DNA of 48,144 bases, taken from Chromera velia (Eukaryota). Positions within the stretch are counted from its first letter, which is position 1; each line of letters begins with the position of its first letter. The stretch lies in assembly GCA_018398765.1 (NCBI GenBank), contig JAHBMJ010000412.1, positions 1 to 48,144 on the forward strand. Direction: 5' to 3'. Below the pieces are notes generated by a model. That model was not told the origin of the DNA and made no database searches. It was given only the letters and a program-made list of their open reading frames with translations. The translations under genes and the position numbers were made by a program. Positions 1 through 11,700 of the stretch are shown piece after piece.

Positions 1-50
1 TCTTTTTGTCTATTGTGTCCATGAAGAAAAGAAGGGAGAAGAAGAAACAT

Positions 51-390
51 ATAGTCTGTCTGTCTGTCTGGGGTGGATTGCACGAGCATGCATGTTTGCG
101 TTCTTTAATTCGGTCTTGACTCGGGCCAGTGCAGTCATGCACTGCGGTCTCTCACTTAATTGACCTCGATCCGTTTGCTCGATCCTCCACTCTGATTATG
201 CGCACAAGTCCACCCGTTCTTCAGCTCTCACTGCATAAATAGAGGCTTGGAAACGGAAGACCGTTCTTCTCTGACGGTGCATGTATGAGTCGCATGGATT
301 CATGGACGGTATATGATGGACCCATCCGTGGAGGCAGAGAAACACACACACATGCAAAGACGAGGGCGGTGAGAGATCGAACTACACACA
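51..390. repeat. Copy 1 of a ~340-bp dispersed direct repeat (copy 2 at ~4673-4982)
   Basis: Colinear shared blocks, e.g. GGATTGCACGAGCATGCATGTTTG.GTTCTTTAATTCGGTCTTGACTCGGGCCAGTGCAG and CCGTTCTTCAGCTCTCACTGCAT...CCGTGGAGGCAGAGAAACACACA, present at both sites. Confidence 0.9.
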
Positions 391-1187
391 CAAAAAAACA
401 ATCACTTCTTCATTTGCTTTCAGAGCTGTGGCACTGGCAGGTAACAAGGTATTTCACAATATCTTTCAGTAACTTTGAAATGGCTGAAAACAATTTCTTA
501 CTTTGACTTGTTTTAATTGGACATGGATCTGAAGAGTTTGCTAGAGCTAGTTGCTAAAGAGCTACTTTATTGTTTTTTTCCCCATCTTTTTGCCGTGAAT
601 ATCATGCAGTCTAAAACTTAAGCCACTCTAACCTGTTGGCAACAGTTGTGATACAACATTGCGGCACTGCTAGTAGTACTCTACCAATTTGCCACACATG
701 ACTAATTTATAATTTTTTAGAATAAAAACTTCTATTATCTCTACAATATCTATATGTCGTAATTATAGCCTAATAAGCACAAACACGCTTAAGAATCACT
801 TGATTAAATAACTAATTATCAATTAGTAATCCTAATAGTAATCATAAGTACTTTTATTGATAAAAACCTAGTTAACTAGTCTTTAGGTAATTAATTTGAC
901 AATTTTAAAAAAAAATGTTGCTGTAAGGACAAATAATGACATTTTTGAAGTATTTGGAAGAGAACACAAATTTCAATAAACTTTGAATGAAGAGAAAGAA
1001 AGAATTGATCCTAGAATGAATCACCACAAAACAGTGGCCCCGGAAAGCGAGGCGGGGGGCACTTATCAAATAATATTTCCGCGACCGATCGAGCGCATAT
1101 CCTTGTTGCGTGCGTCAACCAGTTGTAGTTTTCTTGCTTTCTGGGGCCGTTCGCAAGCTTGCTTGCGTCAGATTGTGCATGCATGAA

Positions 1188-1265
1188 CGCGGAACTTAAC
1201 ACGCATGCATGCAGCCCGCGAGCGCGCGCTACCGATGCCATTGCATCGATCTGTTAAGTTCCGCG
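1188..1265. promoter_or_regulatory. Perfect 14-bp inverted repeat enclosing a TGCATGCA-containing, GC-rich core, upstream of the CBM20-ZnF gene
   Basis: CGCGGAACTTAACA (1188-1201) and TGTTAAGTTCCGCG (1252-1265) with a 50-bp spacer; regulatory role is inferred from position only. Confidence 0.4.
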
Positions 1266-1932
1266 ATCACAATCGTTCACAGCATTCCACAGCAAGAGAG
1301 CTGCAAGACCAGACATGACCAGACCACAGTGTCACCACACTTGTGATTCAATGTGACAAATTCCACCGTATAGCTTGAATCTGCCAGCTATTTTGTATTG
1401 AATCTGAAGCAGTCGTGAGGGTCTGCTTGAGGAATTAACGCACACGAAAGGGAATTGCACGGAGAGAGTGAAAGACGTCGATCGCCAAGCCGCACGCACG
1501 GAGGTCCATTTGATGCTTCTACAGTGGCGCAGATAAGTTGTTGAATTCCTGCGACACTAACTGATTTCTCGTGATTGGACGGTAAAGTAGGGCACTTCAG
1601 ACATCTGGCGACCTCTCTTGAAGGTATCTATATAGATCGATCTGATTGCCATTCTGGCTGCAACATCAGTTGATCAGGCACGCAGTTGCCTTCCTTCAAT
1701 TTGAAGTCGATCGAGGCAGAGGCCTCTGGTCAGTCTGCTCTCTCTTGCTGTCTTCAGTGACATCAAATTCGCGAAGGGTTGGCTTCATTGTGCATTCGTC
1801 TCAAGTCTGTGAGTTTTCAAATTTGTGTGCGCAGGCGAAGGTCAAATCCAACGAGGGCGCAGGAAGCCTTGTTCCCTTGTCGACACTCGTGACGCGTGAC
1901 ATTGAAACCGTCTACCTGTCTGCATTGGCACA

Positions 1933-3529
1933 ATGAAGGGGTTCATCGCCTTCATTGCACATTGCCCGGAGGTGCGAGAGAATCAACGCGTTGTGGTGGT
2001 GGGAGAATGTCCTGAGCTGGGTGGGTGGGAGTTGGGTGGTGCATTGTCTCTCGCCCCTGCACCGTGTGGGCGTCCATGGTGTGTGTCGAGTGAGGTGGAG
2101 GTAAATCTCCCAGAGTCCACGATGGGTGTCTCTGGAGATGCGGTGAATGGGGTGGGGACGGGGGGAGAGGGTGGGGGGGTGGGTATGTCAGAATTGAAGT
2201 TTCGACTGCTTGCGATTCCAAACAATGGCGAAGAGATTGAGGTTCCACATTCTGGCAACCTTATGAGTCTTGAGCCGCTGAGGGGGGGGGACTTCCGTAT
2301 CATGCGTCTCGTTGGTGCGCCTCCTCTTTCTGACTGCTCTTCGGTCAGAGAGAGGGGTGTCAACACAATCCATGTCGGTGCAGAGGGAGGAGGAGAGCAT
2401 CAGAAGAGGGAGGTGGTTAGGATTTCGGTAGAATGGGGGGTCCCTGAGAGTGTGCAGCTCGCACTGCTTGGCCTGCCCACGAACAGACAGAAGGAAGAGC
2501 CGCACAGAAAACATGAGCATGATGGTCTGTCTGAGAGCCAGTCAGAGATTGCTCGTCCGCCTTTCTCAGAGGGGAGAACCCCCCAAACAGACAGTGTCAC
2601 CAGAATCACAGTCGATTCACAGAGCGCGGGCACACCAGCCTGCCTCCCCATGTGTCGCCCTCAGTCAGCTGTTGCGCCCACGAGGTCTGATAGTGAGAGC
2701 GAAAGGGATGAGGGCCACGACAAACGTCTGTCAGTGCGAGTGTGCAACCCTCTCCCTGACGACCCAACCTTCCCCTCCCACCCTTCAAACTGCACCCACC
2801 TATAGATGCGTGGTCGACCCCGTGATGTACAGTCAAAAGAGAGACAGTCTGAGAATGCAGATGTCTTGGCTGTTTCTGTGAAGCGTCGTCGGTCAGAGAG
2901 TGCCCTCACTTAGGTGGAGGTTGACGAGTCGTGTGTGGTGTCTGGGTATCCCGGTGAGAGAAAGGGGGATGTTTTGGGGAGGCAGGGGAGGCATGCAGGT
3001 GTGTTGAGGGAAGAGAAGCAGCGTCGGTTGACTGTTTCTCTTTCGGACTCCGCCCCTCTCTCTTCTGAGATGTGTAGAGGGAGGCCTGGGGTGATCCGAT
3101 CGCTGGAGGGAAAGCGGTTATGTCTGACAATGATCATCCAGGGGGGGGGGAGGAGAGGTGAAGAGGAACCGCCATGGCAAGATTCTCTGCTTGCATGGAC
3201 GGGTTCGCACTAGATGCAAGGAGTGTGGAGGGGGGAGTATCTGTGAGCATGGCCAGCAGCGCAGCAACTGCAAGGAGTGTGGAGGAAAGAGTATTTGTGA
3301 GCACGGCAGAAGGCGATACAAATGCAAGGAGTGCACATGTGGAGGGAAGGGCATCTGTGAGCACGGTCACCAGCGACATCAGTGCAAAGAGTGCGGAGGG
3401 ATGGGCATCTGTAAACACGGCAAGCAACGGTACTTCTGTAAGGACTGCGGAGGGGGAGCATTCTGTGTTCACCAAAAACAGCGTCAAAAGTGTCAAGAAT
3501 GCAAGCAGGTTTCTTTCCTTCGTCCTTGA
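1933..3529 (+). pseudogene. CBM20-like starch-binding domain + tandem C-x-HG-x4-C-x2-C-GG zinc-finger repeat protein, apparently disrupted
   Basis: N-terminus VVVGECPELGGW...ALSL...PW matches the CBM20 signature (V.G....LG.W...A..L). ORF 3158-3529 has six ~20-aa CxHG...CKECGG repeats. The frame from 1933 continues through two TAG stops (2803-2805, 2911-2913) and needs a frameshift near the G-run at ~3141-3150 to reach the fingers. Confidence 0.75.
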
Positions 3530-3698
3530 TCGATTTCCGCCCTTCTCCTCGCTTTCTCCATTTCCTTTTCTCGGTTTGTCGAGATGGAATGTCTTTGGTC
3601 TTTCTCCGTGTAGTCATCAATCGGGCGATCCGGAAAGCCCATGCAGAGTCTTCGTTGTATGTTGTGGGAATGTTTTTTTGAAGGTGGGCCGGGGGGGG

Positions 3699-3930
3699 NN
3701 NNNNNNNNNNNNNNNNNNNNNNNNNNNNNNNNNNNNNNNNNNNNNNNNNNNNNNNNNNNNNNNNNNNNNNNNNNNNNNNNNNNNNNNNNNNNNNNNNNNN
3801 NNNNNNNNNNNNNNNNNNNNNNNNNNNNNNNNNNNNNNNNNNNNNNNNNNNNNNNNNNNNNNNNNNNNNNNNNNNNNNNNNNNNNNNNNNNNNNNNNNNN
3901 NNNNNNNNNNNNNNNNNNNNNNNNNNNNNN
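3699..3930. other. Assembly gap (N run) flanked by poly-G
   Basis: Ns in the sequence; similar G-flanked gaps at 23292-23302 and 29089-29287. Confidence 0.99.
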
Positions 3931-4672
3931 GGGGGAAGGGGGACGGCAGTTCCGCCGGGACAGAGGGCAGTCTTCGTATTTGTGGCTGCACTTCTATGCG
4001 TGTCTCTGTGTCTGTCTGAGTGGTGGGAAGAAGCGTGCGTTAAATAAAGAGTTGCGTGCTTGTTTGCATATGCTTTGGATTCTGTTTTCACACACACCCT
4101 TTCGTTTCGTTCCCATCTCCTTTGATTGAGTGCAAAGTTCTCGTTGCATGCATGGGTGTCTGTCTGTCTGCCTGTTATCTTTCCTTATTTCCGCACAAAG
4201 ACGGTTTCCCCCAGGTCCTTATACCTGTGGGCAGTCGCACACATATACAGTCATTCTTTCCATCTGGGCGGTGGGGCAAAAGAAGAGATCCAACAAGAAG
4301 AGAGGGGCTGGTCCGTTTCTGCTATTGTCTTCGTCAAGGAAAAACGATAAAGGGAACCCCAGAAGAAGAAAAGAAGAGAGAAAGGGAACCCCAGAAAAAA
4401 TAAAAAAAAGAAAATACTACTGCTGCTGGCGGTTGGGGGGGCCTGGCTGCTGCTGCTGCCTCGTAAACGAAAGGAGAAGAAAAGAAACGAACACGTCCAG
4501 ATGGAAAGAATGTGGAAGTGCAAAGACGCAAGCCTGCACTGGGCAAGGAAGGGCCGCAGGGTACGCTTAAGGCCTGGAGCTCTGGTACCAATCCACTGAG
4601 AGAGCGCGCCAAAAGAAGAAAGAAAAAAACAGAAGAGAATGAAGAAGGAGAAAAAGGGAAAGAAAAGACGAT

Positions 4673-4982
4673 ATAGTCTGTCTGGGGCGGATTGCACGAG
4701 CATGCATGTTTGTGTTCTTTAATTCGGTCTTGACTCGGGCCAGTGCAGACTGAGTCGCTGCGGCCTCTCACTTGACCTCCGTTTGCCCGATCCTCTCCCC
4801 CCTGATTGTGTGCACAAGTCTGCCCGTTCTTCAGCTCTCACTGCATGGATGGAGGCTTGGAAGTGGAAGACGGTGCATGCATGAGTCCGATGGACGGATC
4901 GACCTATCCGTGGAGGCAGAGAAACACACACACACATGCAGAGACAGGGGCGGGATCTTGTGGTGAGAGGTCGAACTACACA
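4673..4982. repeat. Copy 2 of the ~340-bp direct repeat, downstream of the CBM20-ZnF gene
   Basis: Aligns to 51-390 with small indels and mostly transition differences. Confidence 0.9.
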
Positions 4983-5170
4983 GTGACTGTTGCGCCGTTT
5001 TTGTGTCTTTATCCCTAGTCGACCCATGCTCGATCAGCCTGAGGACTGTCTCTCTATTTGTGATGGACCTTAATCCAGACCTTGATGGTCGATCGGTTGG
5101 TAGAACTGTCTTTCGTTTTGTTCTTTTGACCATTTTTGCGCATGTGGATGTCACTAAGGGTAATACATGT

Positions 5171-5412
5171 AACCTCCCTGAACCTAACTACCACTTAAAA
5201 GTTGAAGCCGCATTTTTGGATAAGCTTGAAAGTCCGCGTCGTACGTGCAGATCATATGATCGTTTAGGGTGTCTTGAAAGCTGAAGCCGCATATCTGGAC
5301 GGTGTCTTGATCGTTTGCACCACAGGCGTGGACGGTCTCTTAAAAAAAGATGCCGCATATACAGATCATCTTGATTAAATTTTTTCAAGTAGTACTTAGG
5401 TTTAGGGAGGTT
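5171..5412. mobile_element. MITE (non-autonomous DNA transposon, ~242 bp)
   Basis: Imperfect TIRs AACCTCCCTGAACCTAA... / ...TTAGGTTTAGGGAGGTT. Identical flanking ATACATGT at 5163-5170 and 5413-5420 (8-bp TSD, or 6-bp TACATG if the TIR includes one more base). Internal (A/T)GCCGCAT sub-repeats. Confidence 0.8.
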
Positions 5413-5769
5413 ATACATGTAACGTAATATAACCTAGATCAATAATTGAATTCAAGATTTGAATATATGCCATCTAAAAAAAAAAATATAGCATTAATGT
5501 TAATCATGTTAATGTTACTATTATGTTAGCCATGTTTTTAGTTTATTTAAAAAACCTCCAACACTGCACTGATAAGTCTGGTACAGTTTGATACTGAGAT
5601 TGATAGTTTATTATGCATGAATGTTTTTGCTTCTGTCTAGCTTGTGACTGCATATAACTGTATTATGATATTTTTCCAGATATTTTTTTATAACTTGAAT
5701 AGTTTTACTTTTACAGTATTTTTTAATCTAGCTCAGATAGTAGCTCTTTACTAATAGTTGACTTTTAAT

Positions 5770-7477
5770 TAGTGACCATGTTTGATTTGATTATATTATA
5801 TTTGATTTGATTTGATTTAAGCTTCAACCTCAAATATTTGATATGTGAGGTAAGATTTGAGGTTAACCTCTTAGGGTTCCTCACTGAGTCACTGACTTAC
5901 TGTCACTCTGATCATTTTTCTCATGACAATAGTTATCAGAACATTTCTGATGTGTGTTTCAAAAATTTAAAAAAATATACATAAAATTATAACTTATCAG
6001 TTCCGTAAAAAAAATATGCCTATGTGGCAATGTATATACACTAGTCACTGAGACTCACTCTAGTACTAATAGAGATTAAGAACATAAAATTAATAGATTT
6101 GAAATTGCATATGACTTTTTGTTGATATGATAAAGTTAGAGCACGTACCATCCGCAAGACGTCCCCTTCTTTCACCTGAGTGTTGAACTTGGCTACTGTG
6201 GTGTACAGAAAGTCCGTCATACAACGGCGAATAGGCTGGTTCAGCCAATCTCCATTCTGCTGCGCTTCTGCATAGAGCGCCGTTGCAGTACGGTAACCTT
6301 TCTCTTTTTTCTCAGTACCTGCCTCGACTGCCACCCCCCTACTGCCCCCGCCTTCTGCCCCCCCTCCACTGCTCTCGCCAACTGCCCCCTCTCTATTGCC
6401 CTCGCCAACTGCCCCTTCTTTCTGCCCCCTGCCTAGAGCCTGCGCTGCTTGTTTTTGCAGCATTTCGTGGACAGAAGGGCCTGCATGGGTAGGGCCTTTT
6501 GGGAGATCCTTTTGTTTGCTTTTGGCTTTGGGTTTGGTGGTGGGTGTCTGGGCGGGAGGGGCTTTGGAAACGGGAACCAACGGACATTTTCTTGCAGCAG
6601 TAGCTTGAGAAAGCCCCATCATGATGGCACTGAAACGCTGCCAAGAATGCAAAGAAACAGCACCCGACTGACCCATCCCCCCCCTGTATCCCTGAACAAG
6701 CGGGTTGGGTGCTGAAAGAGCAGCTGCTGACTGCTGTTCTGACTGCGTTGTCTGGGTAGAAGAAACCGTACTGGGATTGAAACCAAACTTTGCTTGGCAT
6801 ACAAGGGGGGGTACCTGAACCCCCCGAATGACGGCACCTGTGGGGGGTGCTGACGGAGCCTCCTCCGTCTCCCTCTCTCCCTCATCTTCTTCCGTCCGAC
6901 ATTTATAGGGTTATAGGCGTCCGACATCTGTGTGTAAGGATATGAGAGGCAACTTATGGACGTGCTGATTGAAGAGCATCGTATGAGTTGCCGACCAGCG
7001 CGTACCTATATCGAGAACCGGCTTGTTCGCTAGCAGGTCGAAGCGAACCTGCTACGCCTGATAGACACCTAATTCTTGCGAACTGCATACAGTGCATGCC
7101 GTAAAAGATGTTCTAGCACCAGAAAAATTAACACAGCTGTTCGGAAAAACATTCAGCTGATCGGTTTACCTCTGCATGAAATAAAAAGGGGTGAAACGTC
7201 AATTTCAGTACAGCTCAAAACGTTTTTTTTTTGAGAGCAAACCATCAAGATTTAGGTTTTTTCATTTGAATCAGCATGCGTGACGGATTAGTACTTGCAA
7301 AAGTTTTTTCGGAACCTTCATATTTGAGGTTGAAAGTCATATTGATCAAGTATTTGATCGTATTTGATAGGTCTTTAAACACTAGGTCCTCCCTGACTGG
7401 TCAGACTGGATATTTGATTTAAGCTTAAGCCCTACCTCAAATCAAATTAAATCAAATCAAATCAAACATGGTCACTA
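5770..7477 (-). mobile_element. Internally deleted hAT-like DNA transposon (~1.7 kb)
   Basis: TIR TAGTGACCATGTTTGATTTGATT (5770-) / AATCAAATCAAACATGGTCACTA (-7477). 8-bp TSD CTTTTAAT (5762-5769, 7478-7485). TTTGA sub-terminal repeats. A 5'-TAGTG terminus with an 8-bp TSD is typical of hAT. Confidence 0.85.
6041..6910 (-). pseudogene. Truncated transposase-like ORF inside the hAT-like element
   Basis: The frame of ORF 6041-6676 stays open upstream to ~6910. The segment IRRCMTDFLYTTVAKFNTQVKEGDVLRMVRAL loosely resembles the helical region preceding hAT catalytic domains. No DDE core is present. Confidence 0.45.
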
Positions 7478-8713
7478 CTTTTAATTATTCACCATTATTC
7501 AATAAATTGCAATCTCTTTTAATTATTGTTTTATTGATCCTAAATTAGATTCTAGACTGTATGCTAGACTGTATGTGATGAAAAAAATTCAAAAAATAAA
7601 GAATATGGTACGTCTCTATAATTATCTAGGTACTAATTATGTATGTTCAATGTACATGTCTGTATCAATTGAAAGAACTTAATTGATGGCGATAATGAAC
7701 GAATGAATAATTCAAATACAGTGACAACAAAACGAATAACTTTGAAAGCAAAAATTATCTAACCTCAGTGAACCTTTAAACATTTTTAAAAATTGATGAC
7801 CTCAACTTACGCAGCAAGTTAGTACGCTTCATTCAGTCAATTGAAAGTTTCATAAAAAATATTTGGGTGACTGAAAAAGGCACGTGGCATACTAAACATA
7901 TGAAACAAATTAATTCAAATAAAGATGACAAATCTTCAAGTAAAAACTGAAAATGCAATGTTAAGAGAGACAATTAGACTCTCATCGACTCACAGACGGA
8001 CCTGAGACGGTGTAGATAGTCTTGCCAAAAACTTGATTGACAAAATAATCGCTTACCCGATCACTTTGCAACAGCCATCAATCATTTCTGAAAGCAGTTT
8101 TGTCTAGAGTTTTGTAAGCCAAATTGTGACGACAAACTTACAAGCACGCACGAGCAAACAAATCGACATAAGATGGATGCAATGCGACACGTTCTATCGA
8201 GTGTATCTTTCCGCTTGCGAAGTCAGATTCATTGACAACAAAATGTTCTTTTGGATTTTGGATTTGGGACGGAGCCGTTTGCACGAGGCTAAAGGAGGGA
8301 GAGTAAAGTGGAGGAACGCAAAGAATTCGAAAGAGGTGAAAGAGAATGAGACGAACACAAAGACGAAAGGAAGTTTGGCAGATCATTCCACCAGCTTTTC
8401 TGCTCATCTGAAAGGGTGTCAATCGAAGGAAAAACGCCGGTATTCTTCCGCTGTCGTGCACTTATTTCTCGCGTCCGTCCCCTTGCTTTAACTCTGATCG
8501 ATCGCCACCTCTCTGGACGTCCATTCTCTCACTCAAGCATGTACACATGCACATCTCTACTGTCGAACTTCTCGCTTCGATCTTGTCATCGACGTCTGTC
8601 ACCTGTCGATTTGTTTTCCGCTCTGTTTTGCCTCCTTTTCTTCCCCCCTCCCTCACTCCTTTCTTCTTCTCTTCATTGTGAATACCCCCTCATGAATTCC
8701 CTCATTCAAAGTT

Positions 8714-11700
8714 TTAGACCATGTCCCATTCCACACGGCCACACAGACACACATCACCCAAACAGGAACGAGACGGAAGAGAAGCCCCAGCCGTCTCGCC
8801 TCCTCTGTGTGGCAATAATCCCAACTCCAGGTGAGAGTGCCCCACCACTCCCGCAACACACCGCTCACCCCCAGTTTGTGTGCGGAACTTCTCTGAAGCT
8901 CGCAATGACAGAGGAACTGTCTCAAAGAAAGGCTGAAGACGGGTTCCTGCGGAGGAGGAACAACGGAATGCAGTTCTGGGTAAGCGTGCGGTGAGCGGAA
9001 GCGATTCCCGTGAACGACACGAGAGCGGCACAGCGTTGGAAGGGGAGGGAGGAGAAGGACACTCTGCAATTGCGCTGCCATCGACGTGGACTCTGCTTCC
9101 CTCGTTTTCGCTTTCGTCCTTGGCTGCTTTTGAAACTTCGTCGGCAGGCCAAGGAATGGACTCTGCTGAGCGGTGAGTGAGAAGCTGCATGTCTCTTCTG
9201 TTGGGTGAGTTAGACAAGGGCGGCAGGTCGTCTTGCATTGCCCGTTCATGATGCACACTGAAAGTCTTTTGCACATCTAGTTCTCGAGACGGGCTGCGTT
9301 GCGGTGAAATCTCTGCCTCGTGGGAAAGAAGGAATGGCGTTTTCATTCCAAAGAAAGGATTGTCAATGGCTTGGGTAGGTGCAGTGCGAAGGGAAGCACA
9401 TAGAGGGCCTCCTCGCTCTCCCTCTCTCCCTTCCTTTTCCCCCTCTTCAAATGAAACGCCCGACGATTTCGTGACCCCAGGGGGATCATCAGCGTCTGCA
9501 TGGTCAGTCAAGTCGGGCCCTTCTCTGAGGGCAGGGGAAGAAGGGAGAGAACAGGCCATCTGTAGGTCGGGATTTAAGTCATTCGGGCCGACTGCTTCAG
9601 ACGGTCTCCATTGGAAAGACAAAGGAATTCGAGCTTCTCTGTCCCGCTGCCCTGTTGTCAGGGCGCTATCTCCTGGGGTTGCAAGGGGAACCTCCAGAGC
9701 TTGCAGGCCTTTGCCGAGAATTGGTATGGAAACAAAAGACAGAGGATCTGCCCTCCTTCGCATCCTTTGGTTTCTGCTGTTTCGTCGTTTTTTCGATTTT
9801 CTGTCCTTATTCTCCCCCTGTTTCTTTGCACTGTCACTTCTTTCCTTCTTTTCCTCAATCACCGCCCTGTGGGACAAAGCAGGTCTCGTCGAGAGGGGGC
9901 GGGAGTCACTTTCCCACGGCGCGTCTTCCCCCGATTTGACCCTTCGCTCTAGCTCCTCAGCCCAGTGACGCAGGGCACTTGGAAGGGGATCTGTGTCCGG
10001 AGGGGTGCGGCCTCTCTCTCCTTCTGCTGTCAGACAAGACTCTTCAACCCCCCCGCTGTCCACAACTGACGCTGATTGTCCACAGCAACCCGTGCAACAG
10101 CCCCCTAACCAGGCATACGAGAATGCACCACCAAAAAGGCCATTTTTCTGGCTCCCTGTATCTGCTTTGTCCTCCTCTCGGGCTTCGTTTTGACTCTCTA
10201 AATCTCTGCAGGAGAGTCTGGATTCGCATGAAGAACTCTTCTCTGAATCTGTCTGGGAGGGGGACAGCCAGGTGGCACTGTCAGTCGTAACGTTCCTCCG
10301 TTCACTTGACGCCGCTGCGTTCGGCGGGGGACATCGAAACAGAAGGGGACGGCCATCGAATGACGCTGCTGCCTGGCTGGCAGAGAGAAGTGCTCGGGCA
10401 ACTTCTGGGCCTGTAGGGCGCACTTCATCAAGTGTTGTTTCTACCGCAACTCCGGCTGAGTCTTTTTTGCCTTTTTGAGAAGGGGCATAGTTCTCAACAG
10501 ATAGTGCGGAGAGGGAGACAGTGACCATACTGGTTTTATCGTCTGTCTCCAAACTTCGCCTCTTCTCCTCGTCTTCCTCTGTATGACATCGCCCCATTTG
10601 TGCTTCTTTGTAACTCTCTCTCTTTGCAACAGAGAGCTTCTGCACGACTGTCTGCAGGATATTTGCATCAACCTCAAAGTGGGGGGGGCAGCAACGTCGA
10701 AAGATTCCCTTCCCCTCTGTCTCTTCTGGCCTCCCTCTCCCGTCAGTCCCCAAACGCCCCTCCTTGCGCTCTCTCTCTTGTTCGGGGGTGAAGTTGCAGC
10801 GCAAGGCGAGTGTATCAGAGGAGGGAGAGGCGTACGGAAAAGGGACATGGGGGTCGGACCCGGCAACCAAGAGGGCATCGAGGGAGAGGAAGACTTTATC
10901 CGCTTTTGGGTCAGCAGTGCCTTTACCTAAAGTTGAGTGGTCAGAGTAGGAAGGGGGGGGGTTGGAAGGCACAGCAGAAGAAGGGGACAGTGGGAGAGAA
11001 AAGGAAGGGGGGCGCCCGTGCGCGCCAATGTGAATCAACCTTCCCCCGTTGTGAGCTCTCTCAGCTGCTGTGCGGGGGAGATCCGCTTTTCTTTCTTCCT
11101 CCTCGTCTTCTCCTTCATCTTCACAGTTTCCTTCTCGGGGAATTCCGTTCTCCCACCTTCTTCCTTCTGCGCTGCTGCGGCTCTGCAGGGAAACAACGCT
11201 TACCTTGTCGGACGTTTGGCTCATTCGTTCGCTTTCTGGAGACGGGAACGGAGAGAGACGCGAGCGGCGGATCGGCCCAGAAAACGAAAACGGGTACAAG
11301 AGAGGGCGTGGAGGCACTGCTGCTCGTGTTGCACTATCGTTTTCTCCTGGTGATTGAATCGGAAGAGGAGCTGGGCTGAAAGGGACCCCCGACGCCTGCT
11401 GCTCTGTCTGCATCTCGGGCTCTGTAGCCCCACCCACAGACGGGCACCTGGAGGGAAACAGAGACAACATATCAGCGTAGCACAGAGGGGCTGGGGGAGG
11501 GCCTGAGTTGGCCGTCCTCTCGCTGATCGGAAAGTGTTCGCGCCAGCTGCTTCTTCGACGAAAAATCGTCCCACAATTCCCTCTGCTGACACTTCCCTCT
11601 TCTATAACCTCCTCCTCTCCTTCTCCTTCTCCCTCTCCCTCCCCGTCTCCGTCTAAACAGGCATTGCCTCGAAATTTTTGGGAAGGATGAGATGATGTGC

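Noticed and set aside
3174..4771. Long ORFs spanning the N gap and the poly-purine tracts
   Set aside because: Artefacts of Ns and low-complexity sequence; the same applies to the many (AG)n/(AC)n-derived and antisense ORFs in the track
7600..8120. AT-rich stretch as a bacterial, viral or organellar insert
   Set aside because: No ORF of 60 aa or more within it and no recognisable motif; treated as decayed intergenic or TE DNA
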